NCBI GenBank assembly: GCA_950097015.1
Contig: CATNEN010000012.1
Location: 2,852,001-2,916,000 of the forward strand
Direction of reading: 5' to 3'
Source of the DNA: Macrostomum hystrix
Taxonomy: Eukaryota; Animalia; Platyhelminthes
DNA: 64,000 nt
This document shows, piece by piece, positions 51,401-62,445 of the stretch (the stretch's first letter is position 1; each line of letters opens with the position of its first letter). The notes beneath the pieces were generated by a model. The model was given only the letters and a program-made list of their open reading frames with translations. It did not search any database and had not been told where the DNA came from. A program made the translations under genes and the position numbers.

Positions 51401-51755
51401 TTGAAGCCGCCGCCGGCTTGTCGTACTCTGAAGCGATTTCAGAATCATGCGAGTCTGATTCTTGACTAAAAGCGGCCTCCATGCCTGGCATCCATTCCAG
51501 TGGGTTGGCTCGGTCGCCTGACAAGTAAAACTTTGGCCTAGCCACGCAGAATACAAAGCAGCTATTCTCAGACAGCTTCTCGGTGACAATGTACTGACCG
51601 AGCTTCTCCGAGCGTTGACGGGCGAATGAGTAGCGGCCAGGGAAGACGCGGCGCTCGTGGCGCAGCCAAGCCTTGTAGCTGTGCGCGTTCTCAACTAGCC
51701 AATTGGTCATGCTGCCGCTGCTGCTGTTGCTGATTCTAATGGCAGAACTTCTCAT
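48427..51755 (-). CDS. PKA-catalytic-subunit-like (AGC) pseudokinase, ~512 aa. Exons 51755-51285, 50874-50418, 50003-49902, 49819-49456, 48571-48427
   Basis: The spliced product is colinear with PKA-C: LGQYIVTEKL, YTLEVARK, PFICRLIDSFKDHCNLYFV, IRFVSAQLVLALEYLE, HRDIRSEN, GYVCLTDLSCAKRL, RAYSLVGCPDVMAPE, GYSNSVDYWALG..FEMATGQP, QRLG..GVNELRNHIFF, and a terminal hydrophobic motif EEFDQF*. Four GT-AG introns have compatible phases (0,1,1,2). The start ATG is a best guess. Confidence 0.87.
48660..49410. repeat. 19-bp intronic minisatellite (CTGCTCATAGCAACACTGA)
   Basis: Tandem units with a longer repeating block (AAAGCAAGGCTGACTGCATC..) at the right end, in pseudokinase intron 4. Confidence 0.94.
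50056..50360. repeat. 23-bp intronic minisatellite (GGGACAGTACTTCAGGAACCATT)
   Basis: About 13 near-identical units in pseudokinase intron 2. Confidence 0.96.
50915..51232. repeat. 23-bp intronic minisatellite (GGCCTCATTCAGGTCCTGCCTCT)
   Basis: About 14 units in pseudokinase intron 1. Confidence 0.95.
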
Positions 51756-52030
51756 CAATTGCACTCAAAATGAAATATTATAGCAGCGTTTGAACAGCCG
51801 GCTTTTCAATTTACGAGCGTGAAACGCCAGAGCCACTTGAATCCAACGCTGTCTATGGCCAAATTTGTAAAAAAACCTCGGGATTTTAGTTTCAACAGCG
51901 GGCACAAAATGAACCTTTACGTGACTGCTTTAGCTATGGCTCACTCCCATTCCCGACGGCCAAGGTAAAACGAACTGTGTTTTTGCTAAAGAAGTGGCTG
52001 AAAATGCACAGCAAACTAAAGACACAAAGA

Positions 52031-52217
52031 CTGCGTACAGCTGTTCAGTCCATGGACTGGGGGGACGCCACACCCACCTTCAATTATCCCAGTATGCTAG
52101 TACCCATTTAACAGCTGGGTGAACTGAATCAATGCAGAGTTAAGTGTCTTGCTAAAGGACACAAATTGTTTCAGTGGAGTCGGGAATCGAACCCCCGACC
52201 TTGAAGTCGTGAGTCCG
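52031..52217 (-). mobile_element. SINE family A, partial copy
   Basis: Near-identical to part of 52701-53000, including the B-box and CORE-like segment; truncated at both ends. Confidence 0.87.
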
Positions 52218-52700
52218 TCGTCACAAAGACACAAAAAGGAATTAAAAAGAGTCGCTTGTGCTTCCCGAAGGGGGGCTAAAATTTCAAGCACGCAACTGAC
52301 TCCTGTTGTAACTTCTCAAAGAAGAACATTGCTTCTTAAATAGCCATTGTCAAGTGCTCCTGACAATTGCATCCCGGCATTATTGCAAATAAAACTGAGC
52401 AAATTAATTTTTTTATTCATTTCCTAGAATACGAGCGTATCTATGAGCTCTTTTCCGCTGCCTCCCGCCCCGCTGGTGCAGCTCACGACCTTGATGCTAA
52501 ACAGCCAATTATTTGAAGCTCTGATCGGAGAAACACACTGTCAATAGGTTTGCGTTGCAGGAGAGACAGGAGCTATTGTTTGGAATTTTCCTACAGGAAA
52601 ACAAAGCAAAAAAGTACAGAAAACAGTTGAAAGGACTATGCGAGTTTCGATAGCGTTAAAAACTTTTTTTCCCGATAATAAAGAGGGAAAAAACCGTAAT

Positions 52701-53000
52701 AATTGAATTGATTACACCTGCCCCAATTGGGCCAGATCTGCAGCCGACAGCACAGCCGCAGCTATTGCGCGGCGCATCTGAAGGCTGCGTACAGCTGTTC
52801 AGTCCATGGACTGGGGGGACGCCACACCCACCTTCAATTATCCCAGCTGATGCTGGTACCCATTTAACAGCTGGGTGAACTGAAGCAATGCAGAGTTAAG
52901 TGCCTTGCTAAAGGACACAAATTGTTTCAGTGGAGTCGGGAATCGAACCCCCGACCTTCAAGTCGTTAGTCCGACGCCCTAACCACTAGGCTACAACCCC
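52701..53000 (-). mobile_element. tRNA-derived SINE family A (CORE-like), full-length copy
   Basis: The - strand reads GGGGTTG TAGCCTAGTGG (A-box) ... GGTTCGATTCC (B-box), then TGTGTCCTTTAGCAAGGCACTTAACTCTGCATTGCTTCAGTTCACCCAGCTGTTAAATGGG, then a GC-rich 3' part and an AT-rich tail. Confidence 0.9.
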
Positions 53001-53056
53001 GTTTCCTAAAGACTGTGTGAAACTATATTTCTTTATTGATTCAGTGGGTTCGAAAG

Positions 53057-53437
53057 ATAATAATAATAGTATATATATATAATAATATAATTGCAAGAGG
53101 GCTGCGGGCAGTGGCACAGCATTTGGTGACACTAGACCCGCAGCCAGCGAGGAGGCAATTCTGCCCATTTCGCTGACTCCTGAGCACCACGCACACGGAT
53201 GCCGTACGCAGGCACACACTCACACAGGTGTGTACATCTGCCCTGACTTTCTCATTGTCAGGCAGTGTACACTTTCACTGTGCCTTGTAGGTTGGCCCTC
53301 AAGGGCGTAAATGCACGACAAGCCCGCAAGCCTTCTCTCCGCGGCTGCGCCCCAAATGAATGTGGCCTCACCGCGGAATCGAACTGAGAACATTGGTGCG
53401 AGAGGCAAACGCGTTGACTGCTCTGCCACCGACCCCC
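53057..53437 (-). mobile_element. tRNA-derived SINE family B, full-length copy
   Basis: The - strand has A-box TGGCAGAGCAG, B-box AGTTCGATTCC and a body matching 20071-20438, with a TTA/TA tail. Confidence 0.88.
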
Positions 53438-54023
53438 GGGTTCTAAGGATTTTCATGGGAATCTTTCCTAAGATATTATAGTGATTTTTAAACTTAAGCG
53501 CTTTTTAACATATTGTAATTTGTGTAACACTCAGTTTCCGATCCACTCTAACGGACTTCAATAAAGGATTTGAATTTTTTTGTGAGAAATGAACGATTTG
53601 TAGTTCTATACACACACACCGCAATCAGAAAAGGCCTATATATTTAACATGGTTTACTAAATTAGCGTTGAAACTAACTGACAACTTATGTTGTCGCAGT
53701 TGGGTGTTGAGTTAGTGGCAAACTATGGACTTTTATCAAATCACCTTAGATCAATAGTTACTCATAGTTGGCAGATGTTTGAGACAGGAGACACGATAAC
53801 ACAGGCTGTCTAATGCAAATAGAAGATTTGTGTATATCAGAGGCGAAATAGCAGTAAAATTGCCAAAACACAGGAACGTTATTGTTGCATTATAACGTTG
53901 CAACAAAATAAAGTGATCTAAAACCATGGTCAAACCTTATGCACTCTGAGTTGATTAAAATAAGAGCACTTCATATCTGGGACGAACGAAAAAAACTAGA
54001 GAGACGATTACCCTATCTTCGCT

Positions 54024-54276
54024 GGGGCGCAGCCGCGGAGAGAAGGCTTGGGGGCTTGTCGTGCAATTTACGCCGTTGAGGGCCAACCTCCAAGGCACAG
54101 TGAAGTGTACACTGCCTGACGATGAGAAAGTGTGAGTATGTGCCTGTGTACGGTATCTGTGTGCGTGTGTGCTCAGGAGTCAGCGAAATGGGCAGAATTA
54201 CATCCTCGCTGGCTGCGGGTCTAGTGTCACCAAATGATGTGCCACTGCCCGCAGCCCTCCTGCAATTATTTTTTTT
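54024..54276 (+). mobile_element. SINE family B, 5'-truncated copy with a 22-nt internal deletion
   Basis: Matches the family B body and 3' end; lacks the tRNA head and TCAGGGCAGATGTACACACCTG. Confidence 0.86.
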
Positions 54277-54336
54277 AGAAACCATACCCACCCAGATGTC
54301 TATTGGCTGAACCAATTAGCAACCGTTGCTATGGCA

Positions 54337-55575
54337 CTAGTCGAAAGGACTAACGCATTGGCACAGGGCGTAGTGATTCTCTGTTTCAGTCTTGTCGTTG
54401 AAGACAATATTCTGCTTCTCCAGCACGATGCGGTTCTGGTTGACATCGTTGTCGGGATCGTCGGCATCCCACAGTGAGCGGCTCATGTTTACCTGATGCC
54501 CGGAGCCAAGCCACAGCCAGCCCTGGTCTGGCTCAACACTGCCAGGAGCCTGCAGGGTGTTCAGCCAGGCCTGGTCAGCCCACGGGTAGGTACTGGTTGT
54601 GGTAGCGTGGTTCATTGTTTCCCGGTCGGGTAGTTCGGCTAGGCGCGACAGGCCGCCAATCGACTGGCAATGGGCCTTGGAATGGACCAATTTCAGCGTT
54701 GGTTTGAGAAACTATGAAAGATGGGTACCAAATTATCCTCTCTATAAGTTGGTGCAATCCCCCTAAAACAACTAAATTACCCCTCCCCCCGAGGTAGGCG
54801 TATATAGATATAGACAATGACAAAAATAAATATAATTGAAAATTATACATTGTTATACGTATATATGAATAAAATGTCGCTCTAGTTCATAAACTAAAGT
54901 TTAGTTGACCACATTCAAGGAATAGCTTAGTCAGACATTTTTGTCTATGGTAGGAAGTGCCCACACCCCCTTCTTATTCTGCCCCTAGCGGTAAATACCC
55001 ATAGACTAAGGCAATGTTTTTTGCTATGGTTTTTCGGCGAAAACCAGCCTCAAAAACGTTTTCTAAGAAAAACACAATTCTACTCGCAGAGTCAGCTACA
55101 CGTTTCAGCTCACCAAAGCTGCTTGCCAATTGAAGCTAGTCTTCACTAGCTGGTACTTGGTGCCATGTAGATCGTTTCCGAAGCCTGCACCGCAGAGGCC
55201 GCCCGGGCGGACCACGCCGGCTAGGTCGCGTACAAACACTTCGCCAGAGCTGCCAGTTGAACAACCCGACCGGCGGACTCGACGACTAAAGGGGCCGAAT
55301 GTGAATCTGCGACACACAATGGGCGGCAGCGTCAGTAGGGCGAAGGCGAGGCAGTTGGGCACCGAGGAGCAGGCGATGGCGCAGGACTGGGCGTCGCGAA
55401 CTCCCCAAAGGTCCGGCATGATGAAGCTGGAGTCGATGCAGTCCAGAGTCTGCGTTGCCAGGCGGGTGAAAGCCAGCTGACCAATTTTACACCCTGCGAC
55501 TGGACCGCAGAACAGCAGCGGCAGCAGCAGCAGCAGGAGCAGCGGCGGCGGCGGCGGCGGCGGCACAGACTCCAT
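54337..55575 (-). CDS. Secreted PAN/apple-domain + C-type-lectin-domain protein, ~266 aa. Exons 55575-55114 and 54675-54337
   Basis: Poly-Leu signal peptide ending PVAG. PAN-like SCAIACSSVPNCLAF..C. The CTLD runs LCGAGF..KYQLVKTSFNWQAAL|AHCQSIGGLSRLAE..AWL..WLW..W..DPDN..FND..ALCQ. Phase-0 GT-AG intron. Confidence 0.82.
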
Positions 55576-56409
55576 AATTGAAGCAGGTTAAGCGTCAGTG
55601 TCATTCATTCCAAAATAGGCAGAGTAAAATAGGCAGAGATGGAGGTGAGAAATGCCTCGGGCGAAGCACCTACAGAAAGCTGTCCAATCGTAGCTCTTCA
55701 TGCACATAATTTTCTACGTGTTGCTTAGAAACTAGGGAGACTGTTTTATAGACAGACAGCAAACCTGTTAATGTCTCATTTCTTATTTGTTTTCAGTTGA
55801 GCTTATGACACTCATGATGATAGAGGAAAATAATATACTTACGCACTCACAGGGCAACACTAATTTATAATAAGGCTGTCTAACATGAACTTTTACTAAC
55901 AGCGCAGATCATTGAGTAACACAGTCTATGTGCACAGCACACACACACCATTGATTCCAATTATAGGCTGTTTAGCTTTCATTAAACCAAACTCACCGGG
56001 GCATCGGGGAGGCGAGGAAGTGAGCTAGGAAGGAGGGAGAGCATGAGAAAGCAGAGTAGTTTACTAATACCCTTAAACTATCCTAACTATTCAAACCCAA
56101 CTACTTCATAGTTCAAGGCAATAGTGAGCCATAGTTAACAAGCAACGGCCACCTAAAGAGAATGTCTCCACACAATTCTACAGTGTGTCCATCTCTACCC
56201 AGTCCAGTTCTATTCCCAATTAAATTGCATTCTCAACTGGTGAATTATTTATTGAATTCTTCATTGCGTTGCAAAAACTACGTAGAGCAGAAAATTGTGT
56301 TTACGTTTTTTGCTGCAACTGCACCAAGGGAGCTGTATTTTTTAACATGAGAGATAAGACTACAACAGATAGATAAGCTCGTAGAGAAAGATAGAAAATT
56401 GAGGAGGGT

Positions 56410-57000
56410 GACAGCCTGAAGGTTGGAGGATGAAGGACAGGAAGGTTGGAGAATGAAAGCTATGAAGAGCCTGAAGGTTGGAGGATGAAGAGCGGAAAGG
56501 GCCTGAAGGGTGGAAGATAAAGGGCGGTAAGGACCTGAAGGGTGGAGGATAAAGGGCGGAAAGGGCCTGAAGGGTGGAAGATGAAGGGCGGTAAGGACCT
56601 GAAGGGGAAAGGATGAAGGACGTTAAGAGCCTGAAGGGTGGAGGATGAAGAACGGTAAGGACCTGAAGGGGGGAGGATGAAGGACGGTAAGAGCCTGAAG
56701 GGTGGAGGATGAAGAACGGTAAGGACCTGAAGGGTGGAAGATGAAGGGCGGTAAGGGCCTGAAGGGTGGAGGATGAAGGGCGGTAAGGGCCTGAAGGTTG
56801 GAGGATGAAGGGCGGTGAGGACCTGAAGGGTGGAGGATAAAGGGCGGAAAGGGCCTGAAGGGTGGAAGATGAAGGGCGGTAAGGGCCAGAAGGGTGGAGG
56901 ATGAAGGGCGGTAAGGGCCTGAAGGTTGGAGGATGAAGGGCGGTAAGGGCCTGAAGGGTGGAGGATGAAGGGCGGTAAGGGCCTGAATGTGGTCCTTACC
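56410..57000. repeat. 32-bp purine-rich minisatellite (GGGCCTGAAGGGTGGAGGATGAAGGGCGGTAA)
   Basis: About 18 tandem units. Confidence 0.94.
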
Positions 57001-58645
57001 ATGGTAAGGACAGTTTAAGGACTGGAAAGGCCTGAAGATTAGAGAATAAAGGGCCTGAAAGGCTTGGGTTGCAATGAAAAAGCTGTGAAGTTTGGCGCAA
57101 ATAGTACATTATGTTACCCAGAGCGCTTTGATTCGTTTCTTACATTGTTCATCTGACTCGCTGAGAAATATTGCTTCGATCAGACCCATACTCTGACGAC
57201 ATCATATCTGCTAGTAATCTTCACCTTCATCTGCATGGTGAGTTTGTTGTGAGAAAAAAACTGCCTAAACCCAAGAAGAAAATTAATTATCGGAGACTCA
57301 TCAACCGGTAGCGTTTTCGAAAAAAAGCAATATTTCTAATCGCAGCAAATACACAATACGAATGTTCAGACATTGTATTTCAGAAAGAAAAAAAACAACA
57401 ATATACAGCAAATAGTAATAAAAATATTCTAAAAGTTTTATCTGGGATCTGAGAGAGAACGAATATGCATGGACGGAAGTGCAAGCGCCCAATCAAGGTG
57501 TTGTGTACATACCAGCTAATCCGTTAACAGTGGATATTTCAGATATCCACATTTTTGTGTATCTCATAAGTGTTTCTACCAATCGGCATGAAAATCCTGA
57601 ACTCGTGCAAAATTTTCTCGCGATATTTTATGAAACATCTTCCAGAATCACGAAACATCGGCATCGTCAAGATGTTAAACGATAAAGAGCAACGTCAGCT
57701 GTCCTTGTCACCAGGGTCTTCAACAAGAATCGCTGAATATCTTGACGATGCTGACTCGGACGGTTTTTGAAAAGTTTGTTCATCGTAGAGGGCGGAAAAT
57801 TTTAATCCATCTGTTGGACTTTCACGAAAATAGGTCATTCGGTTTTCGAGTGATCGTGAAGTAGGTAGTTGGTATTTGAACTACTATTTGAATGACGGGG
57901 GCTGCCCAAACAGGCAAGGGATTGAACAAAAATATCAAAACTAACAACCCTGTAAAATATTCGTCTGCTTCTTCGGCGGGTTATTATGTGCAAAATAGGA
58001 GTGGAATCTACCAAAATCCCCCCTATCTCGCAAGAGTTAAAGAAACCACCCAGGAAGCAGCCGATGTAACCGTAAATTGTGCGGAAACCGCCGAAGAATC
58101 ACCCGAACCAGTGGCCCATGGGACAACCAGAGAATTATTTACGGGCGATTCCTCGGCGGTTTCTGAGCCATGGAATCTTCCGAACTGGAGGATTCTTTGG
58201 GTGATTCCATTTCGCCACCAAGATTAAGAAGCACCGAGAAAACGCCCAGTTGGGTAGATTCTAAGCATGGAATCATCCGATTGGTATGTTTCCAGCGTTC
58301 GGCTGTTTGTTTTTCTGGAAACACCGCATATTCCAACTGGAATCACCCAAATAAACATTCCTATTTTTTAGCGGGAATAAGGGTTCGCGTAAAAATCTGA
58401 GTAACATTGGCCCCTTAGCTTTTGTGTCCTCACTTTCAAATGTTGCTGATTTCGAATATATAAATGTATAGTGTAAAAACGGCCCTTTTTAGGTCAAGCA
58501 TCTTTATTATAGAGTAAAAAACGTGAAAGAAAAGTGTTAATAGGATATCACATCTAACTGGTGTGCTTTAACAAAGCACGAACTACAAGTTTCACAACTA
58601 TCACGGAATTGGAACGGCCTCTATCGCACTGTCTGTTTTAATAGT

Positions 58646-60734
58646 CTAGTACAAATCGTTCCACCAGTCGCTGGAGTGCAGGAAGTCGCGAATAGTGTGC
58701 AGGCTGTGATGTTTAGGATAGCGCAGCGCATCCGGATTGCCTCGATGCCTGGCCACGTGCTGGCGAAGCACCGAAGCCGGCACCAGGTAGTCCGGTATGG
58801 AGGCCGGGCTAATGAACTCCGCTGCAGCCTTTGGCGGCTCAGGCGGATCCGGGGGCTTCTTGACGCACGCCTGACGCAGGTGATAATTCTTTGGCGGCTG
58901 AAATAGCGATGCGGCGCCGGCGCTAGGCGCACGGTGAATAGCCAGACGGCTGAATTCGTCCGATATGTAGACTGGCTCGGACAGATCTGCGGTGGCCGGC
59001 CTGTCTGTGGCAAATAGACTGAAGTCTGTGCTGGCTAATGTAGGGTCAGCCGCTTTGTACTTGTTGAATAGCCTGCAATTCAGGCAATTACTTATTTTAT
59101 ATTTGGTTGGCGAAATTAAATATTATTTAACTCATTGTCTTTTTAACCATTACTTTGTCTTAATTCATTTTCAAGCTATATTTAAATGTCGTCATTTAAA
59201 TATAGTATAATAACAACGATTGGTTATAACTTCGATGAAACGATCGCACGTTAAGCCAATAGTTGGTTATAATATTCTTAGGTTGAATCACAGCAACATT
59301 CTTCAAATCTTATTTGCTGATCATGGCTTCATTCTGCAATTCTTATTTGCTGATCATGGCTTCATTCTGCATTTCTTATTTGCTGATCATGGATACATTC
59401 TGCAATTCTTATTTGCTGATCATGACTACATTCTGCAATTCTTATTTGCTGATCATGGATACATTCTGCAATTCTTATTTGCTGATCATGGATACATTCT
59501 GCAATTCTTATTTGCTGATCATGACTACATTCTGCAATTCTTATTTGCTGATCATGGATACATTCTGCAATTCTTATTTGCTGATCATGACTACATTCTG
59601 CAATTCTTATTTGCTGATCATGGCTACATTCTGCAATTCTTATTTGCTGATCATGGCTACATTCTGCAATTCTTATTTGCTGATCATGGCTTCATTCTGC
59701 AATTCTTATTTGCTGATCATGGCTACATTCTGCAATTCTTATTTGCTGATCATGGCTTCATCCTGTAATTCTTATTTGCTGGTCATGGCTTCATTTTGCA
59801 ATTCTTATTTGCTGATCATGGCTACATTCTGCAATTCTTATTTGCTGATCAAGGCTTCATTCTGCAATTCTTATTTGCTGATCATGGCTTCATCCTGCAA
59901 TTCTTATTTGCTGGTCATGGCTTCATTTTGCAATTCTTATTTGCTGATCATGGCTACATTCTGCAATTCTTATTTGCTGATCATGGCTTCATCCTGCAAT
60001 TCTTATTTGCTGGTCATGGCTTCGTTTTGCAATTCTTATTTGCTGATCATGACAACATTCTGCAATTCTTTTTTGCTGGTCATGGCTTCATTTTGCAATT
60101 TTTTTTTTTGCTGATCATGGCTTCATTCTTCAATTCTTATTTGCTGATCATGGATACATTCTGCAATTCTTTTTTGTAGGTAATGGCTTCATTGAATTTC
60201 AAAGTGCTGGACTGGCTTTTTTGTTTTAGTTTCGTTGGTTGGATTTTTGACTATAATTTAAGTATAAAAGTAGGTAGAAAAGCGATATGTAGTGATACAT
60301 AAAATTACTAAATTAATAAACATTTTTTAATTACCGGCGCTGCATTCTAGGAAATCGGATCTGATCGGCCGTGACAAAAATGCCGTGATCTTTGCGGACA
60401 AAAAAGTAACGATGCCCTCTGAACAGGCCGTCCGTGTAGCCAGCTGAAATTTTACATCAAAATACGATCATTACATTACATAAAATTACATTAGAATACT
60501 TAAAAAATATGGCGTGCATCGCACTACTATTAGTAGGGAGCAAAAAAGTTAAATGAATTAATCGAGAGAACAAACAATCGCAAAAAACTCACCTGGCTCG
60601 TACAATTCAAGGCCAACCCAATCGCCTTTCATGGAGTTCAAGCCGCCCTTGTAGCGCACCTTGGCCGGATACAGATCATTAAGGTGTTTGACTTCAATAT
60701 TCTGTCCAACGGTGATGTTATCAAATAGCACCAT
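58646..60734 (-). CDS. Small CAP-Gly-domain protein, ~225 aa (not in the ORF track). Exons 60734-60593, 60443-60335, 59072-58646
   Basis: The spliced reading MVLFDNITVGQNIEV..AKVRYKGGLNSMKGDWVGLELYEP|AGYTDGLFRGHRYFFVRKDHGIFV is a CAP-Gly pattern (VRYxG..GxWVGxEL..G..DG...G.RYF....HGIFV). Phases 1 and 2 fit. The last exon is a 141-codon stop-free GC-rich frame ending WWNDLY*. Confidence 0.86.
59310..60172. repeat. 33-bp intronic minisatellite (TTCATTCTGCAATTCTTATTTGCTGATCATGGC)
   Basis: About 26 units in CAP-Gly intron 2. Confidence 0.96.
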
Positions 60735-61586
60735 TGTCCGAGCTTGGCAGAAAATATAGCTGAAATCAATTACTTTAAGGAGTTAAACATTGGCAAACAC
60801 AACGAATCTACTAGAGAACAGTAGCAACTTACGCATATCGCGCGAAAAAACTATGTAGCATGAGCAAAATAAAAGAAAAAACCGAATCGCTTCATCCAAT
60901 TTATTAAAGCGATTGACTTGGCTTACTTTTTATTAACTAGCAATCGCGCAAAACAGATATTTTAATAAGCATACAGATTTCTAAGGATGAGGAAACAGCC
61001 AGGAGGAGTCAGAAAGAAAAAATTTAGGGGGAAACTAACACGTCAACAGGTTTGGGAAAGCTTGAGCCAACAGGAAGTGCCAGGGTTAGGGCCATAGGGA
61101 TGCGAGGATTCGAAGATTGCAACACCAAGATTTAGCTAGTTTATATTTAGCTTTAATAGTGCAACATCAAATGTAAATTAACCAAGCGGTGTGCGCTGCA
61201 ACACTCCTCATGGTGTCTCTAGTGAGCGCCGCCAATACAAGTTAAAAAAACAAGCAAAGCAACTAACAATTAATTTTATTTCGCTGAAACCCACTAATTA
61301 AAATAACAACATAAACACAGAGTGAAGACAACACAAAGAGGGGAAAATAATCAACAAGAACAATAATTGAATAGTGCAGAAGGTGAAATGTTAATGATAC
61401 AGATTAACTTAATAGCGTAAGTTAATTAAGCTTTGCAACTCAGAGGCACACGAATCGAGTCATCACATTAACTATTAAAGAGTGTCGAAATGAAAACTAA
61501 CAACACGAGTCGAATAATGATTTCATTTCTGCTTCCATCGCCAACAGACAGCGGCAGAACAGAAAGTTGGCATAAAATTGGCGCAA

Positions 61587-62445
61587 CCCGACCCCCATTA
61601 TCTGTCCCGCTTAACACACCCCGACCCCCATTATCTGACCCGCTTAACACACCCCGACCCCCATTATCTGACCCGCTTAATACACCCCGACCCCCATTAT
61701 CTGACATTATCTGTCCCGCTTAACACACCCCGACCCCCATTATCTGTCCCCTTAACACACCCCGACCCCCATTATCTGACATTATCTGTCCCGCTTAACA
61801 CACCCCGACCCCCATTATCTGACCCGCTTAATACACCCCGACCCCCATTATCTGACCCGCTTAACACACCCCGACCCCCATTATCTGACCCGCTTAACAC
61901 ACCCCGACCCCCATTATCTGACCCGCTTAATACACCCCGACCCCCATTATCTGACCCGCTTAACACACCTCGACCCCCATTATCCGACCCGCTTAACACA
62001 CCCCGACCCCCATTATCTGACCCGCTTAACACACCCCGACCCCCATTATCTGACCCGCTTAACACACCCCGACCCCCATTATCTGTCCCCTTAACACACC
62101 CCGACCCCCATTATCTGACATTATCTGTCCCGCTTAACACACCCCGACCCCCATTATCTGACCCGCTTAATACACCCCGACCCCCATTATCTGACCCGCT
62201 TAACACACCCCGACCCCCATTATCTGACCCGCTTAACACACCCCGACCCCCATTATCTGACCCGCTTAATACACCCCGACCCCCATTATCTGACCCGCTT
62301 AACACACCTCGACCCCCATTATCCGACCCGCTTAACACACCCCGACCCCCATTATCTGACCCGCTTAACACACCCCGACCCCCATTATCTGACCCGCTTA
62401 ACACACCCCGACCCCCATTATCTGTCCCACTTAACACACCCACCA
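61587..62445. repeat. 33-bp minisatellite (CCCCATTATCTGACCCGCTTAACACACCCCGAC)
   Basis: About 26 units. Confidence 0.96.

Noticed and set aside
52925-53000. tRNA gene (Val-like anticodon loop)
   Set aside because: The T-arm and acceptor 3' strand overlap so a cloverleaf cannot close, the anticodon stem is mismatched, and the sequence continues into a repeated SINE body.
57570-58400. Short + strand ORFs (66, 111 and 76 aa) as a gene or frameshifted pseudogene
   Set aside because: No recognisable domain or consistent splice structure; the region is better explained by the repeated RGAATCNNCC motif.
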